Notes: generated from the sequence alone by a model not told the origin. A DNA stretch of 64,000 nt from an uncultured Verrucomicrobiae bacterium (GCA_963707025.1 CAVPOM010000004.1:64001-128000); one strand, 5' to 3'. Counted from the first letter of the stretch, positions 1-8,859 are shown. Translations and numbers: made by a program.

Positions 1-958
1 GCATGAAAGTCGCGCAGGTGTAGCGCAGCGCATGAAAGTCGGCATACCGGCCTTGCTCATCCCGGTAGGCAACGCCAACCCGCTCCGAATCCACTTTGAG
101 CCGGGAGGCACGAGGAATTCCATTGCGGAAAACCAAATCCGACGGCGACCACTGCGCCGGGCGAAAGTCTTTCAATGCCCCGACGATTTCAGGCATCAGG
201 AAAACAGGCTCTTCTCTTTTGTTCTTTGCCGTTTCCGCACGAACCACGATCAGCGGATTTTGCGCGTCAAGCCGGACATCGCCCCATTGAAGCTGTTTCA
301 GTTCTTCCTGCCGCAATCCCGTTGCCGCCGCAGTGAAATAAATTATCCCGCGCGGCCCCGACCCCGCGATCAGTTTGCGCAATTCCTCATCCGTGAATGC
401 GCGGCGCACCCGTTTCTTCTTCCCGCGCTCATCCACCTTGCCGACGAATTTCAGCGGGTTGGACTTGATCCGCCCCGCCCGCTCCATCCAGTTGAGGAAC
501 GAAATCGTACCCTGCAAATAATGGTTCATTGTCCGCGCCGCCGCTTTCTGCTTGTTGCGCCAGGCGATGAATGAATCCGCCGTGACATTGCCGGCCAGCT
601 TCCAGCCGCAATCGTCCAGGAGCCGGAGAATCCGCGCCTTGAGCAACCGCGCCCCGCGCCCACCCCGACCAGCCCGCCCGCGCGTCAGCAGATCAGCTTC
701 GTAATCGTTCAAATGCTCGCGCAATGGGCGTTGCGCGGCGTCTCTCACAAGTTTTGGCTCGATGATGCCCGCCGCCTCACGCTCGCGCTCCTGGATGAAA
801 GCGTGCGCCTTTTTGTCGGCAACCTGGAAGTCGGTGACGCCAAGCGACACCCACTTGTCCACCGGCATGTCGCCCAGGCGATAACGCAAATAATAAAACC
901 GTGTTTCCAGAAGTTTTCCACGCCGCCGAGACCGTCGTTTTTCAATGGAGAAGATCAT
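1..958 (-). CDS. int: Tyrosine recombinase/integrase (3' end runs off window; not in ORF track)
   Basis: Manual minus-strand translation from ATG 958: MIFSIEKRR...RRAFTDEEL...TGLRQEEL...TAKNK...ADFHALRYTCATFM, showing the catalytic R, K and H-x-x-R motifs; ATGA overlap with xis. Confidence 0.93.
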   Translation of the reverse strand, partial: MIFSIEKRRSRRRGKLLETRFYYLRYRLGDMPVDKWVSLGVTDFQVADKKAHAFIQEREREAAGIIEPKLVRDAAQRPLREHLNDYEADLLTRGRAGRGGRGARLLKARILRLLDDCGWKLAGNVTADSFIAWRNKQKAAARTMNHYLQGTISFLNWMERAGRIKSNPLKFVGKVDERGKKKRVRRAFTDEELRKLIAGSGPRGIIYFTAAATGLRQEELKQLQWGDVRLDAQNPLIVVRAETAKNKREEPVFLMPEIVGALKDFRPAQWSPSDLVFRNGIPRASRLKVDSERVGVAYRDEQGRYADFHALRYTCATFM

Positions 959-1146
959 GCCGCTCCTTTCATCATAATTTGCTCAATGTCACTTGACCGA
1001 AACCGCACCGCACCGCGGATTTTAACCACCGCCAGTTTCCCCGACGCCACCAGTCTTTCCACGTTGCGGGTGGAACAGGCCAGCAGACGCGCTACTTCTT
1101 TCTTTGTCACCAATCGCAGCGATGCACGGTTAGATTCATTTTCCAT
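955..1146 (-). CDS. xis: Excisionase-like HTH_17 DNA-binding protein
   Basis: LVTKKEVARLLACSTRNVERLVASGKLAVVKIRGAVRF; stop overlaps int start. Confidence 0.85.
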   Translation of the reverse strand: MENESNRASLRLVTKKEVARLLACSTRNVERLVASGKLAVVKIRGAVRFRSSDIEQIMMKGAA

Positions 1147-1157
1147 ATTCTTTCCTC

Positions 1158-1541
1158 TCAAGCATCGGAAGCCTCTTGGTCCATCTCCGCGACCTCATCA
1201 TCCGGCATCCCCTTCGTGTAAACGCGGTAAACCGCATTGTTATCCGCCGCCACGCCGTTCTGCGTCAGCCATTCCGCAATTTCCCGGAAGGTGAAGCCCT
1301 TGTCCTTCCGAAGGACGGTAATCGTCTCATGGTAATCTGCAAGCAGCTTCCGGTTGGATTCCTTTTCCGCTTGTTCCAACAGGAAATGCGGCGGTGGGAA
1401 TTCCAGATGCGTAACCACATCACCCGGAGGAGATGCGGCCTTCTGTTCACCTTTTGCGCTCTTATCACTCAGAGAAGCCGCAGGGGATGGCGCGACCGCC
1501 ACGACTTCTTTACCTTTTGATTTGAATTGTTTTTTCTTCAT
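1158..1541 (-). CDS. Small HTH-like DNA-binding protein
   Basis: LRKDKGFTFREIAEWLTQNG...NAVYR; co-oriented with xis-int. Confidence 0.65.
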   Translation of the reverse strand: MKKKQFKSKGKEVVAVAPSPAASLSDKSAKGEQKAASPPGDVVTHLEFPPPHFLLEQAEKESNRKLLADYHETITVLRKDKGFTFREIAEWLTQNGVAADNNAVYRVYTKGMPDDEVAEMDQEASDA

Positions 1542-1646
1542 GCGGGGAATCTAAATGAATAAAGTAATTAAAGCAAGCAATAAAATGAGAAAAAGCAAAA
1601 GCATCCCAAATTGGACCCAAAAACCACAAACCGTGAGGCATTCCCC

Positions 1647-1800
1647 GCTGAGTTTTCCCGTGTCGTCATCCGGCTTGCTCAAGGCAGGAAGGCCAAGCCG
1701 AACGCCAACACGCGAAAACTCAGCCCCGACAAGTGCCTGGTCGTGCCGTCATTGTCCGCAGGATTGCGCCCCGGCTGCCCTCGCAACACTGCGGTCAATG
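1647..1800. other. Two tandem long imperfect hairpins (candidate single-strand origin)
   Basis: GCTGAGTTTTC 1647-1657 pairs with GAAAACTCAGC 1714-1724, with inner CGTGT/ACACG and CGGCTTG/CAAGCCG; CATTG-CCGCAG-TTGCG 1750-1768 pairs with CGCAA-CTGCGG-CAATG 1782-1800. Confidence 0.55.
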
Positions 1801-2242
1801 CCGTCACCGCCAGGGAGGGCTTCGCCAGTTCCGTTCGCGTCGGATTTATTCGGAGTGCCCGCATCACAAGTTCGGGTGCCGTGTCAATTTGAGATTCAGT
1901 TCAGTAAAGGTACGCAATTCAGGGTGAACATTTGCCATCAAATGGTGAGTATTCTCGCGCCTCGTTCACTATTTTTTATGGGTTATGCTGGCGATTCGAT
2001 CAGACGAGGCGTTTAGGATTGTGCCAAACATTACACTTCGTCTCGCATGGTCCCTCCTAATCTCGCGAAGGATGTTGCAGGTTCGCCATGTGACCTTAAC
2101 CCAATTGTTACGGCCAATTTCGGGGTTCTTGCTTGACACGCGCCAAGCCAGTGAAACAATCGGTGCAAGGGCAGGGTAGCTGTCTTAGACAATGAGAAAG
2201 GCATTTGACAGTCCGGCGGTTGGGTATCAGGCCGACACACGG

Positions 2243-2497
2243 CTAACGATGCCTTGCGATTTTGGGTGGCAGCAATTCCCGCACCTCGGCTCTCAGGGCC
2301 TCAGCCAGGATCATCAGTTCCGAATCCGACACGCATCGCAGTTGCGCCTCAATTTTCGAGAGCGTCGCCCGGCTCAACTCCAATCCCAAAACGGAGCATC
2401 GCGCCGCAAACATCTCCTGCGTCAGCTTCATTTGATAACGCAGCCTTCTGACTTGCGGCCCGACGACATTGCGCGGACTTTTTTTTCTTTCTGCCAT
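2243..2497 (-). CDS. XRE-family HTH transcriptional regulator
   Basis: NVVGPQVRRLRYQMKLTQEMFAARC...LSRATLSKIEAQLRCVSDSEL; divergent from cargo operon. Confidence 0.88.
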   Translation of the reverse strand: MAERKKSPRNVVGPQVRRLRYQMKLTQEMFAARCSVLGLELSRATLSKIEAQLRCVSDSELMILAEALRAEVRELLPPKIARHR

Positions 2498-2623
2498 GCT
2501 CCGATTTTGGAGCGTGACAGTACCGAGAATTGGCGGCGCATTTGCTCCAATTTTGGAGCCACTTTTTGAGGGAGAAATCCAGAGCAAAAACTAGGCAGTC
2601 AACCACAAACAAAAGGACACGAA

Positions 2624-4873
2624 ATGAAAATGAGATTCAGCAGTAATCAATTGAGCATCGGCGGAGCATTGTCGTTATGGCTTTTATTAGTTCCATCTGT
2701 AATCGCCCAACCGACCTTGCCCGACCCCGGAACGAACACCTTCAACCAACCATCCCAAGCGCAAATCGCGGCGGCAGAGGCGGCACAGGCCGCGCAGCAG
2801 GCGTCAAATTACGCAACCTTTTACGCGCCCTGGGTCGTCCAGGATTTGCAGATGGGCGATGGTTCGCAACTGACGGGGGGCGCTCTCCAAATACAAGCGC
2901 AGAGCGATTTGCTGGTTTTGTCCACCAACCTCGCTGTTTTTCAGGCGGCGCAACAAACAGCGGTGACGGCCTATCTCGCCAGCGCCCCCTTTTCCTTCGT
3001 CCAGTCGTGGATTGACACCAATGGCGTCATGAGTTACATTGACCGCATTGATGAAGGTGGAGCGATGGCCATTAAACAAACACATAATCTCGAATCGGCG
3101 CAGACCGTGGGCGCTCAGAAATTATGGCCAGGCGGCAGCACAGGTCTCAATCTTGCAGGAACCAATGTTCTTATGGCGCAATGGGACGGTGGGGATTTGC
3201 TTACCAATCATTCTGAATTTGCAACCAATGGCCAACGGGCTTTCCTGCTTGACGGGCCAAGCGGATACGGAGTCCAAGACCACCCAACGCATGTCGCCGG
3301 AACAATGATGGCATGGGGGGTTAATGCGAGTGCGAAAGGCTTCTCGAATCGGGGCAAGGTTACTGAATCGTATTTCGGCAAAGACCTTGCGGAGATGCCG
3401 CGAGTGGCCGCAACCAACGGGGTGCGCGAAAGCAATCACAGCTACGGTTATACCGGAGGATGGGGAATCATTCAAATTAGTGGAAATTATTACTGGTTGT
3501 GGAACGGCGATGTCGTTGTTAGCACCAGCCAGGATTGGCATTTTGGATTCTACACCGGCGTCTCACAAACTAACGACCAGATCATTTACACGGCGCAAAC
3601 ATATCTGCCAGTTTTTTCGGCTGGAAATGAAAACGGCCCCGGTCAGGACGGCCCGGCCACCCAACCTTTCGGCCATTATGAATACTCGAATGGTGTAGTG
3701 GTGAGTGACACCACGCACGTTCGCCCGTTAAATGACGCGCAAGGCGGATTCAACACTTTGACAGGGTATCAGGTCTCAAAAAACGAGCTTGTGGTTGGCG
3801 CGGTGGGCCAAAACACAAATGGATATACCAGCACGAACAGCGTTACGAATGCCATTTTTTCATCAATGGGGCCGACCGCCGATGGCCGCATCAAACCGGA
3901 TGTGGTTGCCGACGGCGTAAATGTATATTCCACCTATTCGAGCAACACGGCCTCGTATGGCCTGGATTCAGGCACGAGCATGGCTGCGCCCGCCGTGACT
4001 GGTACGCTTGGACTTCTCACCGGATTCTATAATCAGCTTTATCCGACCAACGCCCCGCTGCTTTCCGGCACAAATGCGCCCCTATCTTCAACGCTCCGGG
4101 GCATTCTAATCCACACCGCAGACCAACTCGGCACCAACATTGGGCCAAGCTACATTTATGGATGGGGATTGCTTGACGCGGTAGCCGCCGCCAATTTGAT
4201 CACCAATAATTACGCCAGCGCTTCTCTCGCCCACATTAAGGAAGTCCGGCTAATCAGCGGCGACCATATCGAATTCCCGGTGACGCTGACCAACGGCGTG
4301 CCTTTCCGCGCCACGACTGCTTGGACTGACCCGCCTGGCTCACCCACTGCCGTCAGTGTCAATCCGACCAACCGCATGTTGGTCAACGACCTTGATTTGC
4401 GGGTCATCAGTCCGAACGGAACAACAAATTTCCCTTATGTTTTGAATCGAAATTCGCCCGCGAGCGCGGCGACAAAGGCGGACAACGCGGTGGACAATGT
4501 GGAACAGGTTTACATCCCGACTCCGACCAACGGAACATACACGGTCCGCATCACTCACAAGGGCAATCTTGTGAACGACCACGGCCAGACAAGTTACCAG
4601 AACCTCTCGATAATGCTCTCAGGAAATATCGCGCTTCCCCCGACGACGCCGAATATTTTCTCGATCTATCCGATTACCACGTCCAACACGGTGGCCCTTG
4701 CTTGGTCCTCAGATGTGGGTAGGGTTTATCGCGTGCAATACGTGGACAACATTACCTCCGGTGTCTGGCAAAATGCGACAGGCGAACTGAGCGCAACCAA
4801 GACGAACACGGTGGCGACGATTCCGGTCTCCGGTGTGACCAATCGGTTTTACCGCATCGCTCAGGTTCGATGA
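2624..4873 (+). CDS. Secreted S8 family serine peptidase (subtilase) with C-terminal FYR domain
   Basis: Signal peptide; triad motifs WDGG, DHPTHVAGT, GTSMAAP; GRIKPDVVA; ends RFYRIAQVR. Confidence 0.92.
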   Translation: MKMRFSSNQLSIGGALSLWLLLVPSVIAQPTLPDPGTNTFNQPSQAQIAAAEAAQAAQQASNYATFYAPWVVQDLQMGDGSQLTGGALQIQAQSDLLVLSTNLAVFQAAQQTAVTAYLASAPFSFVQSWIDTNGVMSYIDRIDEGGAMAIKQTHNLESAQTVGAQKLWPGGSTGLNLAGTNVLMAQWDGGDLLTNHSEFATNGQRAFLLDGPSGYGVQDHPTHVAGTMMAWGVNASAKGFSNRGKVTESYFGKDLAEMPRVAATNGVRESNHSYGYTGGWGIIQISGNYYWLWNGDVVVSTSQDWHFGFYTGVSQTNDQIIYTAQTYLPVFSAGNENGPGQDGPATQPFGHYEYSNGVVVSDTTHVRPLNDAQGGFNTLTGYQVSKNELVVGAVGQNTNGYTSTNSVTNAIFSSMGPTADGRIKPDVVADGVNVYSTYSSNTASYGLDSGTSMAAPAVTGTLGLLTGFYNQLYPTNAPLLSGTNAPLSSTLRGILIHTADQLGTNIGPSYIYGWGLLDAVAAANLITNNYASASLAHIKEVRLISGDHIEFPVTLTNGVPFRATTAWTDPPGSPTAVSVNPTNRMLVNDLDLRVISPNGTTNFPYVLNRNSPASAATKADNAVDNVEQVYIPTPTNGTYTVRITHKGNLVNDHGQTSYQNLSIMLSGNIALPPTTPNIFSIYPITTSNTVALAWSSDVGRVYRVQYVDNITSGVWQNATGELSATKTNTVATIPVSGVTNRFYRIAQVR

Positions 4874-5766
4874 AAATTGCCCCACCCACCCCGAACGGCC
4901 GGTGTTGGCTTTGGCAGGCACTGGCCGTTTTATCGGCATTGCCGATAATTGGTGAGGCGCACGGAATTATTTATGAACAGTTGCCACCTTCACCCAGCCT
5001 GGGTTTGGTGCAAGATACGAACGGCAACTTCACCGATCCCTTTGCACCGTATGATGCCCAAGGCTTGAGGTTATGGGGCAATGCGGGAACTCCGGCTATT
5101 TACAATCTCGTTTTTAATGGGCAAGCGGCTTTCACTTTCACCTCACAAGACACTGGTTTTGACATTGACCCGATAGGAAGCAACAAAGTGATCGGTGGCT
5201 ATCTTGACAATTTTGGCGCGGCTGGGGCATATCCGCTGTCAGGTGGCGCTTTAATCGGACCGGATACCGGGACCAACTATACTTGGATTGGCCATGACCC
5301 AGTATTGGGGGGATTGGTTCTGGCGACCGAAAGAGACAGTGGCACCATTGGAAGCCCCATTTTATTCACCGGGCCTTTCGCCGGAATAACAGCCGCGTAT
5401 ATTGGACTTCAATTTTACTCTGACAATCAGGTCTATTACGGCTGGGTTCGAGTTGGCGCACCCGCTACCATCAATGGCGGCTGGATTTACGATTATGCGT
5501 ACCAAACTCAACCCAACACACCGATTCTCGCGGGCGCGGTGCCGCTCGCGCCATTAGCGACACCCCACATTGTTCGACCGGGGAATCTCCGGCTTAACTG
5601 GCAATCACAGACCAACATGGCTTATCAGGTGCAATTCAAGGAAGAACTGGATTCACTGTTTTGGACCAATCTGGACCTCACCATCATCGCCACCGCCACC
5701 AATACGTCAGCCGATGTCCCGATGGTCGGCACTTCCAGGTTTTACCGCGTGGTACAAAATCAATGA
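4870..5766 (+). CDS. Secreted protein (YIGLQF...YGWVRV...DYAY domain) with C-terminal FYR domain
   Basis: Signal peptide; ATGA overlaps on both sides; ends RFYRVVQNQ. Confidence 0.8.
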   Translation: MKIAPPTPNGRCWLWQALAVLSALPIIGEAHGIIYEQLPPSPSLGLVQDTNGNFTDPFAPYDAQGLRLWGNAGTPAIYNLVFNGQAAFTFTSQDTGFDIDPIGSNKVIGGYLDNFGAAGAYPLSGGALIGPDTGTNYTWIGHDPVLGGLVLATERDSGTIGSPILFTGPFAGITAAYIGLQFYSDNQVYYGWVRVGAPATINGGWIYDYAYQTQPNTPILAGAVPLAPLATPHIVRPGNLRLNWQSQTNMAYQVQFKEELDSLFWTNLDLTIIATATNTSADVPMVGTSRFYRVVQNQ

Positions 5767-6734
5767 AGGCAATACCGATTCCGTCTGCAAAACTCATGCG
5801 CGTCATGCTCCTTGCGTTCGGCTGCATTTTCGCGGCGCAGGTGTCGCAGGCGCAGTCCTCGTTTGCCGGGGTTTTACTCGCAGGCAACGGCTCAGGAATC
5901 GTTGCGGGCACCGTCCAACTCAGCGTGAATGGCGGGCAGATAACATTTCAGTCAACCCTCTATGAGCCTTGGGTCACAAACACCACCCTTGCGACGATTT
6001 TGGAAGTGCAGGGCAACCATATCTGCTTTGATCTTGGAACCGGCACACCAGGCACTTGGCCTGTGCAAGAGTTTGTCGGGCCGCTTCCCGGCCTCAGCAC
6101 AGCCCCGGCCCCAAGCGAACGGTTTCCGGGTCTTGAGCAAATGCCGGGGCCACAAACGCTTTCCGCAGGCAGGCGCTTTGCCGGTGCATTCACCGCGTTT
6201 CCTAGTTTGGAGAATGCGTTATTGACCAGCGGCGGAAAAATTTCGCTCCACGTAAGAGGAACGGTGAACGGCATGGAAAACCCGACTGCCGTAGAGGTAT
6301 TGGTAACAACAAGCCCGCGAATCTCCAATCAGTTTGCGGCGATTCTCAGCGCCACTAACGAAATTCCACCCCACACAAGCCCGTATCACGGCACCGGGTC
6401 GTTCACGCTTGAGAGCAATTTCCTCACTTACAATCTGGCCCTGGACGCCGGTTTGCGCCCAACGCACGTAAGTATATTCGGCCCGGCCAGCCCGCCGCCA
6501 AACGAACTGGCACTCGCTGCCGACTCCCCCGGCAATTCCGGTTTCGTGATTTATCGCGGTCAGATCAATCTGACCGGCGCAAAGGTTGAGGAACTCCGGC
6601 GCGGCGAGCTTTATGTCAATGTTTTTACAGCCCTACATCCGCATGGAGAGTTGCGCGGCTCCATTCTTCCGATTCCAATACCCGTCCCAAACGCCCCCGG
6701 CATTCAGCCTGTTATCAGCGTCTCTCCAAAATAG
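5763..6734 (+). CDS. Secreted CHRD-domain protein
   Basis: Start ATG 5763 overlaps upstream stop; FAAILSATNEIPP...GTGSF...GELYVNVFTALHPHGELRG is the CHRD signature. Confidence 0.8.
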   Translation: MKAIPIPSAKLMRVMLLAFGCIFAAQVSQAQSSFAGVLLAGNGSGIVAGTVQLSVNGGQITFQSTLYEPWVTNTTLATILEVQGNHICFDLGTGTPGTWPVQEFVGPLPGLSTAPAPSERFPGLEQMPGPQTLSAGRRFAGAFTAFPSLENALLTSGGKISLHVRGTVNGMENPTAVEVLVTTSPRISNQFAAILSATNEIPPHTSPYHGTGSFTLESNFLTYNLALDAGLRPTHVSIFGPASPPPNELALAADSPGNSGFVIYRGQINLTGAKVEELRRGELYVNVFTALHPHGELRGSILPIPIPVPNAPGIQPVISVSPK

Positions 6735-6884
6735 GCCAAGCAGCCGCGCAATGCTTGACCGTCTGCTTGCGGCACACAATTTCCTCACTCACCCGCCGTC
6801 TTCGATAGCGGCCTGTCCCACCGATTCACATCAGGAAACTTGTGAATCTTCCACCCCCGCGCCGTCAGCCATTTCTCCATGCCC

Positions 6885-8288
6885 TTACGCATCGGCCACG
6901 ACCACCGGACGTTCCCATCCGTCAGTAGCGGAAACTCGATCATGCACTCGTCGAGAACCCCGCCTTTTGTTATTCGCCATTATTCCATCTTGCTCACCTC
7001 CTTTCCAAAAATCATCCTGTGTCAGGACGCGCTGCCATGCGGCCTCTCTTTCCAATTCCGCCCGCCGCTTCCCGGACACCTTCTTTTTCGAGTGCCGCAC
7101 ATCCTCCAGTGTCAATTCAGAGACATGCAGCCATAATGGCAGGCGCGTCACCCCGTACAAGGCCACCTGTCGCCCAGGTACCTGCAAATTGTGCATCTTG
7201 ATGGCATCCACCAGAGCGGGGGCCATGCCTTCCTCATCCTCGCGGAAAACCACCGCCGGAAACAGATTCCCAAACCGAAACGCCCATTTCGGCCCGACCA
7301 ACTCCGCAATGTTGTCCTCCGTGATCCTGTTCCCATCCAGATTCAAGACCTCGACACTCTGGCGCACCATCTCCCGCCATAGTTGGCCACCTTGCGTTTT
7401 CTTGTTCCAGCCAAACTTGCAAGCCCACGGCGGACTTCTCATCTTGACCGCGCCAGGCAAATTCGGCCCATATTTGCAGCGAGGCAAAAGGGGTGCTTTT
7501 CTCCAATGCCCCCAATAACTGACCCGGCGCGCACCTTTATCCTCTGGCGTCCGGTTTTGGAAATCCTTCATCATGTATTTCGCGCAATAGCGTCCGGCTG
7601 CTTGCCCATCGCCTTTGACCGGCTGGCTTTCGCACCGACCAAACCCATAGTTTGGAGCATTGACACGAAGCCACTCCCACACTTCGCGCAAAGCCGCATT
7701 TGCTGTGTCATAGACCGGCGGGCGCACCGGCTTTCCGTCTTTCCCTTTCGGCGGGAAACAGGCGTCCCAATCAATGTTGCCCCGGATGTCGCGCTCGAAA
7801 ACGGCGACCAGGTGCGCGTGCATGGTTTGGTCTTTATGGCGCTCCCGCATGGTGATGCCCAACTGGAATTTTCGGGTGAAGGCCGACATGAAGGAATGCA
7901 AGCGCCGTTGGAATTCGTGCCGGTCTTTCACCTTGACAAACTTTCCGTTGTGGAATTCACCGCAGGTGATCGTAATCAAAAGCAAATGTTCCGGGCCGAA
8001 AGTGTCTGCCATCCATGCAACATTGCGCATGAAGGCTTCCATCTGTTTTGGCAGAGTGCCGGGCAGGACCGTCTTAGCTGCTCCATTCTCCTGAGTGGTT
8101 GCAGATGTTTCAGAAGGACAAGGAAGAGGAAGGGGAAGGCCGGGGCGGGCGGCCCTGAAGGGCCGCGCCGCCCCCGGCCTTTCCGCTTCGCCAGTTCGCT
8201 CCACATCTGACCGCAGAACCGGCGAGCAGTGGTGCTCGCTGTCCGGTTCTGCTCGCTCTACTTCGCCGCCGTGCCGCTCCGGTGTCAC
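6885..8288 (-). CDS. rep: HUH-superfamily rolling-circle replication initiator
   Basis: Motif I LLITIT, motif II ERHKDQTMHAHLV, motif III YCAKYMMK; exact start uncertain. Confidence 0.8.
   Translation of the reverse strand: MTPERHGGEVERAEPDSEHHCSPVLRSDVERTGEAERPGAARPFRAARPGLPLPLPCPSETSATTQENGAAKTVLPGTLPKQMEAFMRNVAWMADTFGPEHLLLITITCGEFHNGKFVKVKDRHEFQRRLHSFMSAFTRKFQLGITMRERHKDQTMHAHLVAVFERDIRGNIDWDACFPPKGKDGKPVRPPVYDTANAALREVWEWLRVNAPNYGFGRCESQPVKGDGQAAGRYCAKYMMKDFQNRTPEDKGARRVSYWGHWRKAPLLPRCKYGPNLPGAVKMRSPPWACKFGWNKKTQGGQLWREMVRQSVEVLNLDGNRITEDNIAELVGPKWAFRFGNLFPAVVFREDEEGMAPALVDAIKMHNLQVPGRQVALYGVTRLPLWLHVSELTLEDVRHSKKKVSGKRRAELEREAAWQRVLTQDDFWKGGEQDGIMANNKRRGSRRVHDRVSATDGWERPVVVADA
8136..8181. 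other. GC-rich inverted repeat within rep 5' region (candidate double-strand origin)
   Basis: AAGGCCGGGG-CGG-GCGGCCC-tgaa-GGGCCGC-g-CCG-CCCCCGGCCTT, next to minus-strand CTTCCTTGTC. Confidence 0.4.
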
Positions 8289-8515
8289 TGGCCCCCTTTA
8301 CTTGTGGCCGTGTCAACAATGGCGAGGATTGCGACCTTGAGCGCGGCAGGTAATTCACCCCAGGCAGCGACTACTTGCGACAGGTTTCGCCAGTCGTTGC
8401 CCTGAATCTGTGCGCGTGGTTGTGTATAGTCCCTTTCACCTTCGTTCGTAACAGGTTGATTTTCGGCAGGTTGTGGATTTTGCGGGGAAGGTTCGAATCC
8501 CTTCGCTCGCTCCAT
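8285..8515 (-). CDS. Short ORF reading through attR; probable integrase C-terminal tail
   Basis: MERAKGFEPS (antisense of the tRNA end)...LSQVVAAWGELPAALKVAILAIV; its TGA overlaps rep GTG (GTGA 8285-8288). Confidence 0.6.
   Translation of the reverse strand: MERAKGFEPSPQNPQPAENQPVTNEGERDYTQPRAQIQGNDWRNLSQVVAAWGELPAALKVAILAIVDTATSKGGQ
8490..8514 (+). repeat. attR core: 3' fragment of tRNA-Gly
   Basis: GGTTCGAATCCCTTCGCTCGCTCCA = T-loop, 3' acceptor strand CGCTCGC, U discriminator, CCA; no 5' half (GCGAGCG) upstream. Confidence 0.85.
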
Positions 8516-8697
8516 CTCCATCAACGACTTACGTCGATGGACATGGTTTTGCAACAGGTTTGCAACATCTCCGCCCCCCCGCCGGCCAAAAACCGGTCCC
8601 GACCCCGGAAGGTCCAAAAACTCGGTAGTGGTACAGTTTGAGGGGTGAGGCGTTACTTTCCACTTGATTCCGCCAGGCAGGGGCGCAAGGTTGCGCC

Positions 8698-8859
8698 ATG
8701 CAAAAACGAGATTTGAATGAAACCGCCTTCGCGGTGGTCCAGCAGGCGACACGGCAGCCCCAAGCCCCAGCAAAACATCCCATCAGAGCCGTATCAGGCG
8801 AAAGGGTCGGGGCCTTAAAACCCGTCAAGCCCGGCAGAGTGAATCGAAAAGCTCGGTAG
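8698..8859 (+). CDS. Small basic IS-associated protein (53 aa)
   Basis: Manual translation MQKRDLNETAFAVVQQATRQ...KPGRVNRKAR; resembles small proteins recalled beside this IS1 subgroup. Confidence 0.5.
   Translation: MQKRDLNETAFAVVQQATRQPQAPAKHPIRAVSGERVGALKPVKPGRVNRKAR

Larger units (their letters stand above)
1..8514. mobile_element. Integrative element with tyrosine integrase and rolling-circle Rep, probably inserted at a tRNA-Gly 3' end (left end outside window)
   Basis: Integrase, xis and HTH genes at left, HUH Rep at right, tRNA 3' fragment at 8490-8514 as right boundary. Confidence 0.8.

Noticed and set aside
1..41. Direct repeat GCATGAAAGTCG at 1-12 and 30-41
   Set aside because: Lies within integrase coding sequence, two copies only; likely chance
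1755..1770. MOBP-like oriT nick motif (minus-strand AATCCTG)
   Set aside because: Imperfect match to YATCCTG and no MOBP relaxase in the element
8440..8514. Complete tRNA gene
   Set aside because: Only the T-loop and 3' acceptor strand are present; no matching 5' strand, D arm or anticodon arm
8522..8773. 5' extension of the 162-aa ORF 8285-8773
   Set aside because: Crosses the IS1 left IR and TSD, so it is an accidental open frame
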